NCBI RefSeq assembly: GCF_018350175.1
Contig: NC_058368.1
Span: 86,554,001-86,618,000, forward strand
Direction of reading: 5' to 3'
Length of the DNA: 64,000 nucleotides
From: Felis catus
Taxonomy: Eukaryota
Shown piece after piece: positions 1 through 12,611 of the stretch. A model generated the notes under the pieces. That model saw only the letters and a list, made by a program, of their open reading frames with translations, made no database searches and had not been told where the DNA came from. Within the stretch, counting starts at the first letter, position 1, and every line of letters starts with the position of its first letter. A program made the translations under genes and the position numbers.

Positions 1-1440
1 TGGAACACCACAGGTAAAGAAAAACTGAGAGCTTTTTCCCCTAAGGTCCAGTAGAAGACAGGGATGTCCACTCTCACCATGAATATTTACCATAGTACTT
101 AGCTTCAGAAATAAGAAAACAAAACGAAATAAACAGCATCCAAATTGGAAAGGAAGAAGTCAAACTTTCACTTTCTATAGACAACATGATACTCTGCATA
201 GAAAACCTAAAAGCCTCCAACAAAAAAATGGCTAGAACTAATACATTAATTCAGCAAAGTGCAGGGCATAAAGTCAATGTAAATAAATCTGTGGCATTCC
301 TATACACCAATAACTAGAAGCAGAAAAATAAATTAAGGAAATGATCCCAATTAATATTTCTCCAAAATCAAGACACCCATGGATAAATCTAAACTAAAAG
401 GTAAAAGATCTGTACTCACTCTGAAAATTATAGAAAAGTTATGAAAAAAAGTGAAGAGTACACAAAGAATTGGGTAAAAAATTCCGTGCTTATGAATTAT
501 AAGAGCAAACATTGTTAAAATATCTATACTACCCACAGCAATCTACACATTTAATGATAGCTTGGCAAAAAAAAAAAAACAAAAAAACAAAAAAACAAAA
601 AAAAACAAAAAAAACAAAAAAACACCAGCATATCTCACAGAGCCAGAGTCAAAAATCCTAAAATATGTATGGAACCAAAAAAAAAAAAAAAAAAAAAAAA
701 GACATCAAACAGCCAATGGGATCACTCTTAGTTAGGGAAATACACACAAAATCATGATGAGCTAACATCTCACACCTGTCCGAACGGCTAAATTTAACAA
801 CACAGGAAACAACAGATGATGGCAAGGATTCCTTGCCCTCTTAAGAAGGGAACCCTCTTAAACAGTTGGTGGGAATGCAAACTGGGGCAACCACTCTGGA
901 AAACTGTATGCAGTTTCCTCCAAAAGTTGAAATTTGATCTACTCTATAACCCAGCAATTAGACTACTAGGTATTTACCCAAAGAATCAAAAAAATACAGG
1001 TTTGAAAGGGTCCATGAACCCCAATGTTTATACCTGCATTGTCAACAGTAGCCAAATTATAGTGTGGATGGAGCTAGAGTGTTTTATGCTGAGCAAAATA
1101 AGTCAGAGAGACAAATACCATGTGATTGTACTCATATGTGGTATTTGGAAACAAAACAGAGGTACATACGAGAAGGGTAAAAAAAAGAGAGGAAAGCAAA
1201 CCATAAAAGACTCAATGATAGAGAATAAACTGGGTGTTGATGGAGGGAGGTGGGTGGGAAATTAGCTAAATGGGTGATGGGTATTAAGGAAGCCACTTGT
1301 TATGATGAGAACTGGGTGTATAGATAAGGGATGATCACTAAATTCTACTCCTGAAACCAATATTACATTATATGTTAACTAAGTAAAATGTAAATAAAAA
1401 TTTGGAAAAATAAATAAATGACATCCTTAATACCAAAAAA
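1..1440 (+). mobile_element. LINE-1 3' portion (ORF2 RT/C-terminus and 3'UTR) with internal deletions; runs off window start
   Basis: L1 ORF2-like sequence (gggatgtccactctcacc, [14 protein letters not shown]), carnivore L1 3'UTR ending tatatgttaactaa..aaataaaaa, and expanded A-rich tracts at 567-622 and 677-700. Confidence 0.9.
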
Positions 1441-1905
1441 ATATGTGTTACATCGAAAACAAAAATAAAATAGTCATCTTGTTCTATGTATCACAAAAAA
1501 TTTTATACTAATGCACAGATTAATATAATTCATATAGTAACATATATGTATATCTAAAATACTGCTATATGAAATCTTGTTTTACTTTTATTACCAACAA
1601 CTGCTCTCTTTTATGCTTATGTCATAATTTATTTAACTTGTCCCCTTCGGTGGATATTTAAGTTGTAATAATTTCTATTGGTGCAACTATTTTGATTTTT
1701 TTTTAGATATAATTTGCAAGAAAAATATTGTACATATAGTGTTTCAAATAATTATGAGATTATAGAAATCAAAATAAAGACTTAAATATACATCAATGAC
1801 TGAAGCAACCAGAAACATGTATATGTGTAATGATACGTTGCCTCGTCTAAATATATTTTTCATATATGTTTATTGATATGATAAAACAATGCATAATTAA
1901 CTCCA

Positions 1906-2148
1906 GGGGCACATGGATAGCTCAGTCAGTTAAGCTTCTGACCTCAGCTTAGGTCATGAACTCACAATTTGTGAGTTTGACCCCAGCTCAACTCTCTCTG
2001 CTGGCAGTGCAGAGACCATTTTGTATCTTCTGTCTCCCTCTCTCTTCCCGTTCCCCGCTCGTGTTCTTTCTCTTTCTCTCTTTCCCTCTGTCAAAAATTC
2101 GTGTTCTCTCTTTCCCACTCTCTCAAAAATAAATTTTAAATTAAAAAA
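1906..2148 (+). mobile_element. CanSINE (tRNA-derived) with duplicated CT-rich tail
   Basis: ggggcacatggatagctcagtcagttaag head, CT tract and A tail. TSD aatgcataattaactcca (1888-1905) / aatgtataattaactcca (2149-2166). Confidence 0.92.
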
Positions 2149-2264
2149 AATGTATAATTAACTCCAGAGTCTCATTCTATTTAATCCTTTCTTAGATAGT
2201 CTGCACATGGTTTTTTATTTGTGTGTGCTTTTACTCAAATAAACTGGGAGACTTTTTCTCTCTC

Positions 2265-5200
2265 TCTCTTTTTTATTTTATTATTTTTAAATCAAGTTAG
2301 TTAACATACAGTGTAGCAGTCTTGGCTTCAAGCACAGGACCCAGTGACTCATGTCTTATATAAGATGTTCAGTTCTTGTCCCAAAAAGTGCCCTCATTAA
2401 TGCCCATCACCTATTTAACACTCCCCCCACTCCTCCAGAAAGGCTTTGTTTGTTTTCTATATTTAAGACTCTCATGGTTGCCTCCCTCTCTGTTTTTATC
2501 TTATATTTCCTATCCTTCCCCTATGTCCATCTGTTGTGTTTCTCAAATTCCACATATGAGTGAAATCATATGATATCTGTCTTTGTCTGACTGACTTATT
2601 TTGCTTAGCATAATATCCTTAAGTTCCATCCACATTGTTCCAAGGGGCAAGATATCATTATTTTTCATCACTGAGTGGTTTTATATATACCATATCTTCT
2701 TTAACCATTGATCTGTCAATGGAGATTTGGGCCCTTTCTATAATTCGGCTATTGTTGATAGTGCTGCTATAAACATTGCGGTGCATATGCAACTTTGAAT
2801 TAGCGTTTTTGTATCCTTTGGGAAAAATGCCTGGTAGGGCAATTTCTGGCTCATAGAATAGATCTATTTTTAATTTTTTGAACAGCTTTCAAACTGTTCT
2901 CCAAAGTGGCTGCACCCATTTGCATTCACACCAACAGTGTAAAAGTGTTCCCTTTTCTCCCCATTGTCACAAACATCTGTTGTTTCCTGAGTTATTAATT
3001 TTAGCCATTCTGACAGGTGTGAGGTATCTCATCATGGTGTTGATTTGTATATCCCTGATGATGCGCAATGTTGAGCATCTTTTCATGTGTCTGTTAGCCA
3101 TCTTTATGTCTTCTTTGGAAAAGTGTCTATTCATGTCTTCTGCTCATTTCTTCATTGGAATATTTGGTTTGGGGGTGTTGAGTTTGGTAAGTTATTTATA
3201 TTTTGGTTGCTAACCATTTATCTGATATGTCATTTGCAAATATATTCTCCCATTCCATTGGTTGCCTTTTAGTTTTGTTGATGGTTTCCTTTGCTATGCA
3301 GAAGCTTTTTATACTGATGAGGTCACAATAGTAAATTTTTGTTTTTATTTATCTTGCCCCCATATGCATGTCAAGTAAGAAGTGGCTGTGGCCACAGTCA
3401 AAGCATGGCTACTTGCTTGTCCTGTAGGATTATCATGGTTTCCCATCTCATATTTTGGTCTTTCACCCATTTTGAATTTACTTTTGTATACGGTTTCAGA
3501 AAGTGGTTCACTTTCATTCTTCTGCATGTCACTGTCCAGTTTTCCCAGCACCATTTGCTGAAGAGACAGTATTTTATTTTTCCATTGGATATTCTTTCCT
3601 GCTTTGTCAAAGATTAGTTGGCCATATATTTTTGGGTCCATTTCTGGTTTCTTTATTCTGTTCTGTTGTTCTGTATTGCAGTTTTTTGTGCCAATAACAT
3701 ATTGTTTTGATGACTACAGCTTTTTAATGAAGCTTAAAGTCCAGGATTGTGATTCCTCCAGCTTTGTTTTTCTTTTTCAAGGTTACTTTGATTATTTGGT
3801 ATCTTTTCTGGTTCTATACACATTTTGGGATTGTTTGTAATAACTCTGTAAAGAATGCTGGCATTATTTTGCCAGGAATCACATTGAATGTGTAGATCGC
3901 TTTGGTAAGTATCAACATTTTCACAATATTTGTTATTCCAATTCATGATGATGGAATTTTTCTCTATTTTATTGTGTCTTCTTCAATTACTTTCATAAGC
4001 TTTCTATAGTATTCAGTGTATAGATCTTTTACTATTTTAGTTAGATTTTTTTCCTAGGTATCTCATACTTTAAGGTGCAAATGTAAATGGATTTGATTCC
4101 TTGATTTCTTTCCCTGTTGCTTCATTATTAATGTATAAAAAATGCAGCCAATTTCTACATATTGATTTTATATCCTATGACTTTGCTGAATTTATGTATC
4201 AGCTGTAGCAATGTTTTTGTTCATTCTAGTTTTCCATATATATTATCATGTCATTTGTGAAGAGTGAAACTTTGCTTTCTTTCTTGCCAATTTGATTTCC
4301 TTCCTTTTTGTTGTATTATTGCTGAGACTAGGAGTTTACAATGTTGAACAACAGTGGTGAGAGTGGACATCCCTGTCTTGTTTCTGATCATAGGGAGAAA
4401 TCCCTGAGACTCTCCCCATTGAGGATGATATTAGTTGTGAGCCTTTCACATATGGCTTTTATGATGTTAATGTCAGTTCCTTCCATCCCTACTTTCTTTA
4501 GGGTTTTTATGAAGAAAGGGTACTATATTTTGTCAAATGCTTTTTCTGTATCTATTGAAAAGATTATATGATTATTATCCTTTCTTTTATTGATATGGTG
4601 TATCATACTGATTAATTTGCAAATATTGAACCCACTCTGCAGCCCAGGGATAAATCCCACTTGATCATGTTGAATAATACTTTTAATGTACTGTTGAATT
4701 CAATTTGCTTGTATCATGTTGAGAATTTTTGCACCCAGGTTCATCAGGGATATTGGCTTATAATTCTCCTTTTTAGTGGCATCTTTGTCTCCTTTTGAAA
4801 TCAAGGTAATGCTAGCTTCGTGGAATTAGTTTGGAACTTTTCTTTCCATTTCTATTCTTTGGAGAAATTTGAGGAGAATAGGTATTAACTCTTCTTTAAA
4901 TGTCTAGTAGAATTACCCCTGGAAGCCATCTGGTCCAGAACTCTTATTTGTTGGGTGATTTTTGATAAACAATTCAATTTCTTTGCAGGTTATGGGTCTG
5001 GTCATTTTTTCCACTTCTTCCCATTTGAGTTTTTGTAGTGTGTAAGTTTCTAAGAATTTGTCCATTTCTTCTGGTTTGTCCAGTTTGTTGGCATATGTTC
5101 TTTCATAGTTTTCTCATATTTGTTTGTATTTCTGTGGTGTTGGTTGTAATCTTTCCCCTTCCATTTGTGATCTTATCTATTTGGATCTTCTATATTTTCT

Positions 5201-5988
5201 TTTTGAGAATTCTGGCTATGGGTTCATCAATTTTGCTTATTCTTTCAGAGAACTCTCCTTTAGTTTCATTCATATGTTCCATTGTTTTTTTTTTTAATTT
5301 TTGGATTCTATATCATTTATTTCTGCTCTAATCTTTATTATTTTCCCTCTGCAGACTTGGGCTTTATTTGCTGATCCTTTTCTAGCTCCTTTAAGTGTAT
5401 AACTAGGTTATGCAATTGGAACATGTCTTACTTCTTGAGACAGGCCTGAATTGTAATGCATTTTCTTTGAACTGCCTTTGCTGCATCCCAAAGGGTTTGG
5501 AATGTCATATTTTCATTTTTTTTTGCTTCCTTGTATTTTTATTTTAATTTCCTCTTCAATTTTAGGGTTACCCATTCATTCTTTAGTGGGATGTTCTTTA
5601 ACTTCAATGTATTTGAGGGCTTTCCAAGTTTTTTCTCTTGTGGTTGATTTTGAGTTTCACAGTGTTGTGATCTGAAAATGTATATGGTATGATATCATAT
5701 TTTTGTACTTGTTGAGGGCTGATTTGGGCCCAATATGTGATTTATTCTGGAGAATGTTCCATGTGCACTCAAGAAAATGTGTATTCTGCTGTTTAGGATA
5801 AAATGTTCTGGATATATCTGTTAAGTCCATTTGGCCCAGTGTGTCATTGGGAGCTGTTGTTTCCTTGTTGATTTTCTTCTTAGATGATCTGTCTTTTGCT
5901 GTAAGTGGATTATTAAAGTCTCATACAATAACAGTATTTTTTATCAAGGAGTTTGCTTATGTTTGTGATTAATTGTTTTATATATTTG
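2265..5988 (-). mobile_element. LINE-1, sense-orientation part of a 5'-inverted element (ORF2 EN domain to 3' end)
   Basis: Poly-T and L1 3' terminus (ttttaaatcaagttagttaacatacagtgtag) at ~2265-2320. Minus-strand ORF2 fragments such as MDPKIYGQLIFDKAGKNIQW and SKWCWENW. Confidence 0.92.
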
Positions 5989-6660
5989 ACCTGAGAAAAT
6001 CACCAGAAACAAAATCTACAGATAACACAATGGCACTAAATTCATATCTTTCAGTAATCACTCTGAATAGAAATGGACTAAATGCCCCAATAAAAATACA
6101 TAAGGTATCAGAATGGATAAAAAAACAAAACCCATCTCTACGCTGCCTACAAGAGACTTATTTTAGGCCTGAGGACATCTGTGGACTAAAAGTGAGGGTA
6201 TGTAGAACCATCTATCACGCTAACAGATGTCAAAAGAAATCCAGAATAGTCTTACATACTTATATCATACATACTAATTTTTTATTTATTTTTATTTTTT
6301 ATTAATTTTAATGTTTATTTTTTTAGAAAGAGACAGACAGAGCATGGGGGGGGGGCGGTTGCAGACAGAGAGGGAAACATAAAATCTGAATCAGGCTCCA
6401 GATTCTGAGTTGTCAGCACAGAGCCCAACGTGGGGCTCAAACTCACAAACTATGAGATTATGACCAGAGCCAAAGTTGGACATTTAACCAACTGAACCAC
6501 TCAGTCTCCCCCAAACTAGATTTTAAAGCAAAGAGTGTAACAAGAGATGAAGAGGGGCATTATATCAGAATTAAGAAGTCTATCCATCAAGAAGAGCTAA
6601 CAATTGTAAATATTTGTGCCCCTCACTCTGTGGTACCTGAATATATAAGTAAATTGATCT
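5989..6660 (+). mobile_element. LINE-1 inverted 5' segment (inter-ORF and ORF2 start), interrupted by a CanSINE
   Basis: MALNSYLSVITLNRNGLNAPIK...CLQETYFR matches the ORF2 endonuclease N-terminus. The segment ends at the ORF2 position where the minus-strand segment stops. Confidence 0.85.
6280..6511 (-). mobile_element. CanSINE
   Basis: Reverse-complement SINEC body (ccaacgtggggctcaaactcacaaac...ttaaccaactgaaccactcag). Degenerate TSD catactaatttt / caaactagatttt. Confidence 0.88.
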
Positions 6661-6704
6661 CTCATTCTAATTCACTTGTAAGTAAACATGTATGTTATCA
6701 TTTT

Positions 6705-6912
6705 TTTTAATTTTTTTTTTATTTTTGAGACAGAGAAAGACAGAGCATGAATGGGGGAGGGTCAGAGAGAGAGGGAGACACAGAATCTGAAGTAGACTCC
6801 AGACTCTGAGCTGTCAGCACAGAGTCCAATGCGGGGCTTAAACTCACAGACCATGAGATCATGACCTGAGCAGAAGTCAGAGGCTTAACCAACTGAGCCA
6901 CCCAGGAGCCCC
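6705..6912 (-). mobile_element. CanSINE (felid type)
   Basis: gagacagagaaagacagagcatgaatgggggagggtcagag...ttaaccaactgagccacccaggagcccc. TSD tcattttttt on both sides. Confidence 0.92.
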
Positions 6913-6954
6913 TCATTTTTTTCTTAATTTTTCATTCTTACATAGTTGACTTTG

Positions 6955-9900
6955 CTAATACACAAACAGATACAGAGGATTAGAAAAATTGAGAAGACAG
7001 AGAAATTTATCCCAAATGAAAGAACAGGCCACAGCCAGAAATCTAAATCAAACAAATATAAGTAACATGCTTTATATATAATTTCAAGTAATGATTATAA
7101 AGATACTTTGTTAACTTGAAAAAAGAGTCAAAGGCTTCAATGAGACCATTAATACAAAGATAAGGAATGACATAGCGGATATAAAGGTAAAATAAATGAA
7201 ATCAGAAACACATTTGATGAAATAAATTGCAGGCTAGATGAAGCAGAGATGATCTATTAGACAGAGAAACAGAATGTTAACAAGCTGAACAAAAGAAAAA
7301 AGAAAATTATGCAGTAGAGAATAGACTAATAATCCACTGTCTCCATTACATAATACCATTTGCTTTATAAGAGTCTAAAAGTAGAAGAGAGGGGAAAGGG
7401 GGAGGGGATAATCTGAAGAAATAATAGCTTAAAATTTACCAAATTTAGGGAAGGAAACAGATACAGATTCAGGAGATACAGAACACCCCCCAAAAAATCC
7501 CAAAAAGCATATCCACAAGACATATTGTAAATAAAATGGGAAGAGACAATGAAAAAGAAAAATGATTAAAATCAGAAATACACAAGAAGATAATTATTTA
7601 CAAAGGAAACATCATGAGGTTATCAGCAGGTTTTTCAGTAGGAGCTTTCCAAGCCAGAAGGCAATTACATAATATATTCAAAGTGCTGAATGGGAAAAAA
7701 AAGTCTGCAGACAAGAGTACTCTATCCAGCAAAGCTATCATTCAGAATGAAGGAGACACAAAAAGTTTCCCAGACAAATAAAAACTAAAGGAGTTTTTGA
7801 CCACTGAAACAGATTTGCCAAAATTACTAAAGGGGATTTTGTCAGTGGAAAGGGAAAAACAAAGTGACAGTATGAAGGTAGGGAACACAAGAACAGTGAA
7901 AATTACTTTTTCTGTAAAAAATCAGTTAAGGAACTCACAAAATAAGTGATGTAAAATATGACACCACATACCTAAAACTTGGGGAGGAGAGGAGTACAGA
8001 ATGGGTTCAGACTTAAATGACCATCAAGTTATTATAGACAGTAATATGCAGAAGATGTTATATACAAACTTAATGGTAATCATAAAGTAAAAACCATGAA
8101 TAAATATGCACAGAATAAAGAAAAAATCCAAATATATCACTTAAAAAAGTCAAATATGAAAGAAAAATAGGCAAGATATTCAAGAAGATGACCAGAAACA
8201 AGTAATAAAATGGCAATAAATACATATCCATTAATAACTACTTTGAATGTAAATGGATTAAATGATCCAATCTAAAGACATATGGTGAAAGAATAAATAG
8301 AAAACAAGGTCCATCTATATTATGCCTACAGGAAACTCATTTCTCACTGAAATTTATCTGCAGATTAAAAGTGAAGACATGTAGAAAAATGTGTCACATA
8401 AATCAATGTCAAAATAAACCAGAGTAGCAAACTTATATTGGACAAACTAGATTTTGAAAAAGAGACTGTAACAAAAAACAAGAATGGCACTATATAGTCA
8501 TGAAAGAGACAATCCAATAAGAAGATATAACAATTATAAATATATAAATTAAATTATATAAATTTAAAAATAATTTATAAATTATAAAAAAATGTAGTTA
8601 TAAATTATAAATAAAATTATAATATGCACCTAACATGGGAACACCCAAATACATAAAAGTTTAATAACAAACATGAAAGAACTAATCAATAATAGCACAA
8701 TAATAGTAGGGAACTTCAATACTCACTTACTTCAATGATCATATCATGGAAGCAGAAAACCGGCAAAGAGACAATGGCTTTAAATGACACTGGACCAGAA
8801 GGACTTATCAAATATATTCTGAACATTCCATGCTAAAAAGCAAAATACACATTCTTTACAAGTGAACATGGAAAATTCCTCAGAATATATCAAATATTAG
8901 GCCACAAAAGAATCCTCAACAAATTCAAAACATCAAATCATAAAATGCACCTTTTCTGACCACAACATCATGAAACTGGAAGGCAAACACAAGAATAAAT
9001 CTGGAAATACTAAAAACACATGTAGGTTAGGTAACATGTTGCTAAGCAATGAATGCATCAACCAAGAAACAAAAGGAGAAATACAAATTTTTTGGAAACA
9101 AATGAAAATGAAAACAACTTTTTGAAACCTTTGGAAAGAAGCAAAAATTTTTCTATGAGAGAAGTAGATAGAGGCCTACAGAAATGAAGTAAGAAAAGTC
9201 TCTCAAATACGTAACTTTATACCTAAAGGAGCCAGCCAATGATCAACAAAAAGTCCTGAAACCAGAAGTGGGAGGTAAATAATAACAAATAGGGTGGAAA
9301 TAAATGGTATAGAATCTAAAACCACAACAAAACAACAACAATAAAATAGAACAGATGAATGAAACCAGGAGGTTATTTGGAAAAAAAAATTAATATTGAA
9401 AAGCCTCTAGCCAGACTTAACAGGAAGAAAAGAAAAATGACCAAAATAAATAAAATTACAAAGGAGAGAGAAGAAATAACAACATAACAGAAATGAAAAC
9501 AATGATAAGAATGTATTATGAGAAAGTATAAGCCAAAAAATGGACAGCCTAGAAGAAATGGATAAATTCTTACAAAAATACACTACTGAAACTGAAGCAA
9601 AAAGTATATAATTTTAACAGATTATTACCAGAACAAAAAATTGAATTAGTAATTAAAAACCTCACAATAAACTAAAAGTCAGAGCCAGGTGGCCTTACAA
9701 GTAAATTATACCAAATATTTAAAGAAGAGTTAATACTATTTTTCTCAAACTATTCCAGAATGAAAACAAAAAAGGAAGGAAAACTTCCAAAGTTATTTTA
9801 TGAGATCAGCATTACCCTGATACCCAAATCAGATAATGACTCCTCTAAAGAAGAGAACTACAGATCAATATTTCTGATTAACCTAGATTTAAAAAAAAAA

Positions 9901-9997
9901 AACTAAAAAAAAGTACTAGCAAAGGGAATCCAAAAATACATTAAAAAATCATTCACCACAATCAAATGGGCTTTATTCTTTGATTGCAAGGGTCGTT
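6955..9997 (+). mobile_element. Degraded LINE-1 fragment (ORF1 to start of ORF2 RT), 3'-truncated
   Basis: ORF1-like start (aaaattgagaagacagagaaatttatcccaaatgaaagaac), ORF2 start near 8210 (atggcaataaatacatatcc), ending at tgcaagggtcgtt. Confidence 0.85.
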
Positions 9998-10649
9998 TGG
10001 GTCAATATAATTTTATTATATTTTAATATAATAATTATTTTAAATATTTTAAATATACTTTATATAATGCATATATTTATATTTTATATATTATATATTT
10101 ATATATTTATATTTTATATTTATATATTTATATTAAATATATTTTAAAATAATAATTATTTGAATAAAAGACATATAGGGGGAATAACCTCAGGGTTAAC
10201 AAGGCACCTTTTTTTTTGTTAGCCATCTCTGCTCTAGGCTGCTTTGCCTGCAGCACAGCAGTCTATAGTCTAATTTACCTGTTTGCCTAACTTGGTCCTT
10301 CCCTCCTGTGAGAGCAGTTTCTTGCTAAAGTACTAAATTGGAGGGCACTTATGCCCTGAACGCCTATTCTTGTTTACCACCTATATCTTTGTAATCGGTG
10401 TCTTTGCACTCCTGTCTATTTTGGGGGTCTTGCCCCTCCCTCTCTATTCTGGGGAGGGGCTCTGCACCTCTTCTCTATTCTGGGGTCCTTTGTATCCCCT
10501 CTCTGGGGTTGCCTTTGCACCCCCCTATTCTTGGGGTGCCAATCTTGTTTACCCAAACTCAGGTGTGAGCATATTACTGCTTTGTATTTCTTTATGCCTT
10601 GTTAACCCATTGGTGTAAGCCTGGGGGATTCCTAAGCTTATTCCCCACA
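9992..10649 (-). mobile_element. ERV LTR, 3'-truncated, same family as 35716-36530
   Basis: Reverse complement begins tgtggggaataagcttaggaatccccc at 10649 and is colinear with the LTR at 35716. An AT-only tract (~10010-10165) replaces part of it. Confidence 0.8.
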
Positions 10650-11390
10650 ATTTTCAGTATCAATTCTGTAAGTCCAGATTCAAATGGCTTTACTAGTGGA
10701 TTCTAGAGCATTGGGTGGATGGCTAGGAGCAGTGGTTTACAACCTTCCTCAAGAAATAGAGGGAAAAGAAACGTTTTCAAACATATTCTGTGAGCACAGT
10801 ATTACTGTAATACCAAAGTCAAAGACATTAAAAGAAAACTACAAACTGTTGTAACTCATGAACACATAAATTATTAAAATCTTCAAATATTAGCAAACTG
10901 ATCCCAGGAATACAGGAAAATTATTATAAACCATTATCAAGTGAGATTTTTACCATGAATGCAATATTTGTTTACATTTGAATACTGATTTAGATAATAT
11001 ATATCAAATTCATAGAATAAAGTATAAAAAAAAGTAACTCCTACAACAGATTACATACAACAATTTGAATAAACCCAGCATGCATTGAGGATAAATACTC
11101 TTAGTCATCTTGGAATAAAAGTCAACTTTCTCCAATTGATAAATCTACATCTATGAAAGGTCTACAACTGAAATCACTATTAATGATGAATATTTTCTAA
11201 ATGTCACCATGCCCATATCACAGAAAATCAAAACAAAACAAGTATATCTTGTCATTTGTATTTTAACATAACATCAGAAGTTCTAATCAATATTTTAAGA
11301 TAAAAATAATAAAATTTATTAAAAGCATACAGACTGATAATGAATAAAGTTGTATTTATAGATGTCATGACACTGTGAGTTGAAAATCCT
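10650..11390 (+). mobile_element. Old, highly diverged LINE-1 ORF2 (RT region) fragment
   Basis: Degenerate matches to L1 motifs: ccagattcaaatggctttactagtggattcta, taccaaagtcaaagacatta, tatttatagatgtcatga. Confidence 0.7.
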
Positions 11391-12557
11391 AGAGGATCCA
11401 ACATGGCAGAGAAGTAGGGGGACCTGAAGTTCCCTCATCCTTCAAACATTGCAGTGTTGAGGCCAAAGGACTTTTAATTACAAGAGTCTGGGCTGTAGAG
11501 CGACAGACAGTTCTCTGGGGACCCATGAGGACAACCTGATGAACCACAGGTGTGTGACTGCAAAGTGGGAGAGATAAAACAGGGTCCATAGGCACAGAGG
11601 GGAGGGAACCTCTTCTGCAGAGAGACAAAGGGAAGAGAAAGAGAGGCTGTGAAAGCATAGGACAGTATCTAGACAAGAGAAAAACCATGGACTTGAGATG
11701 GAGAAAGATCCAATTTCTAACTGCCAGGCTTTCTCCGAACTGGGGCTGGCTGCCCTGTTCCCACACCTGGGGAAAAAGGAAGCTAGCCCTGGGTTTTGTA
11801 TCTAGTTAGGAGGACCAATCCACAGTGGGAGAAAGTAATCCACTTTCTGGAGTGCTGTGGGAAGAAGGTATATAACCAGTCAAAGGACAAAGACTGCCTG
11901 TGCCCAATAGCCAGAGGCCATATATCAGTGGCATGGAGCAGCACTTCCCTGGAACTGGGGTACACAGAACAGGGCCCTTGAAGACACTGTGGTTTAAATT
12001 CCAGCCAAGAGCCAGGGAGGCTCAGGAAACAGTGGAGTGGGACAAACCTCCTTTTTCATGCCTGTGGCGCTGTGATAACACTATGAGGAACCAGGTGGTT
12101 TGAGACACCCAATCCATGAAGAGAGACTGGGGTATCACCATTTTTCTCCCCATCACCAAAAAGGTGGGGATTCAGGGAATGGACAGCAGACCCACAGTGA
12201 AGGCGGGACCCACCTACAGCAAACCACACCCCTCTGCATCTGGTAACTGGGTGGCCACCAGAGACTGACACTGACAAACCAGAGAGCCTCTCCTCCAGAC
12301 CAGCACTGCACCTGGTTCCAAGGCACCCAGCCATTTTGCATTTATGATTTAATTCTTGGACTATTTTATATATATATATACACATACATATGTATACATA
12401 TACATATAATATATATAATATGTGTATGTATTTTCTTCCTCTTCTCCTTATTTCTTCCTTCCAGAGTCTGGTTATTCTGGTTGTTGGTTTGTTTAAGCAG
12501 ACATATTTAATCTATTCTCTTTCTACCTATTCAATATCTCCTTTATTTTCCTCTCTT

Positions 12558-12611
<54 letters not shown>

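Noticed and set aside
10400..10545. Short spaced repeats resembling a CRISPR-like array (also 35830-35940)
   Set aside because: They are imperfect tandem repeats internal to an LTR, without unique spacers, in a mammalian genome.
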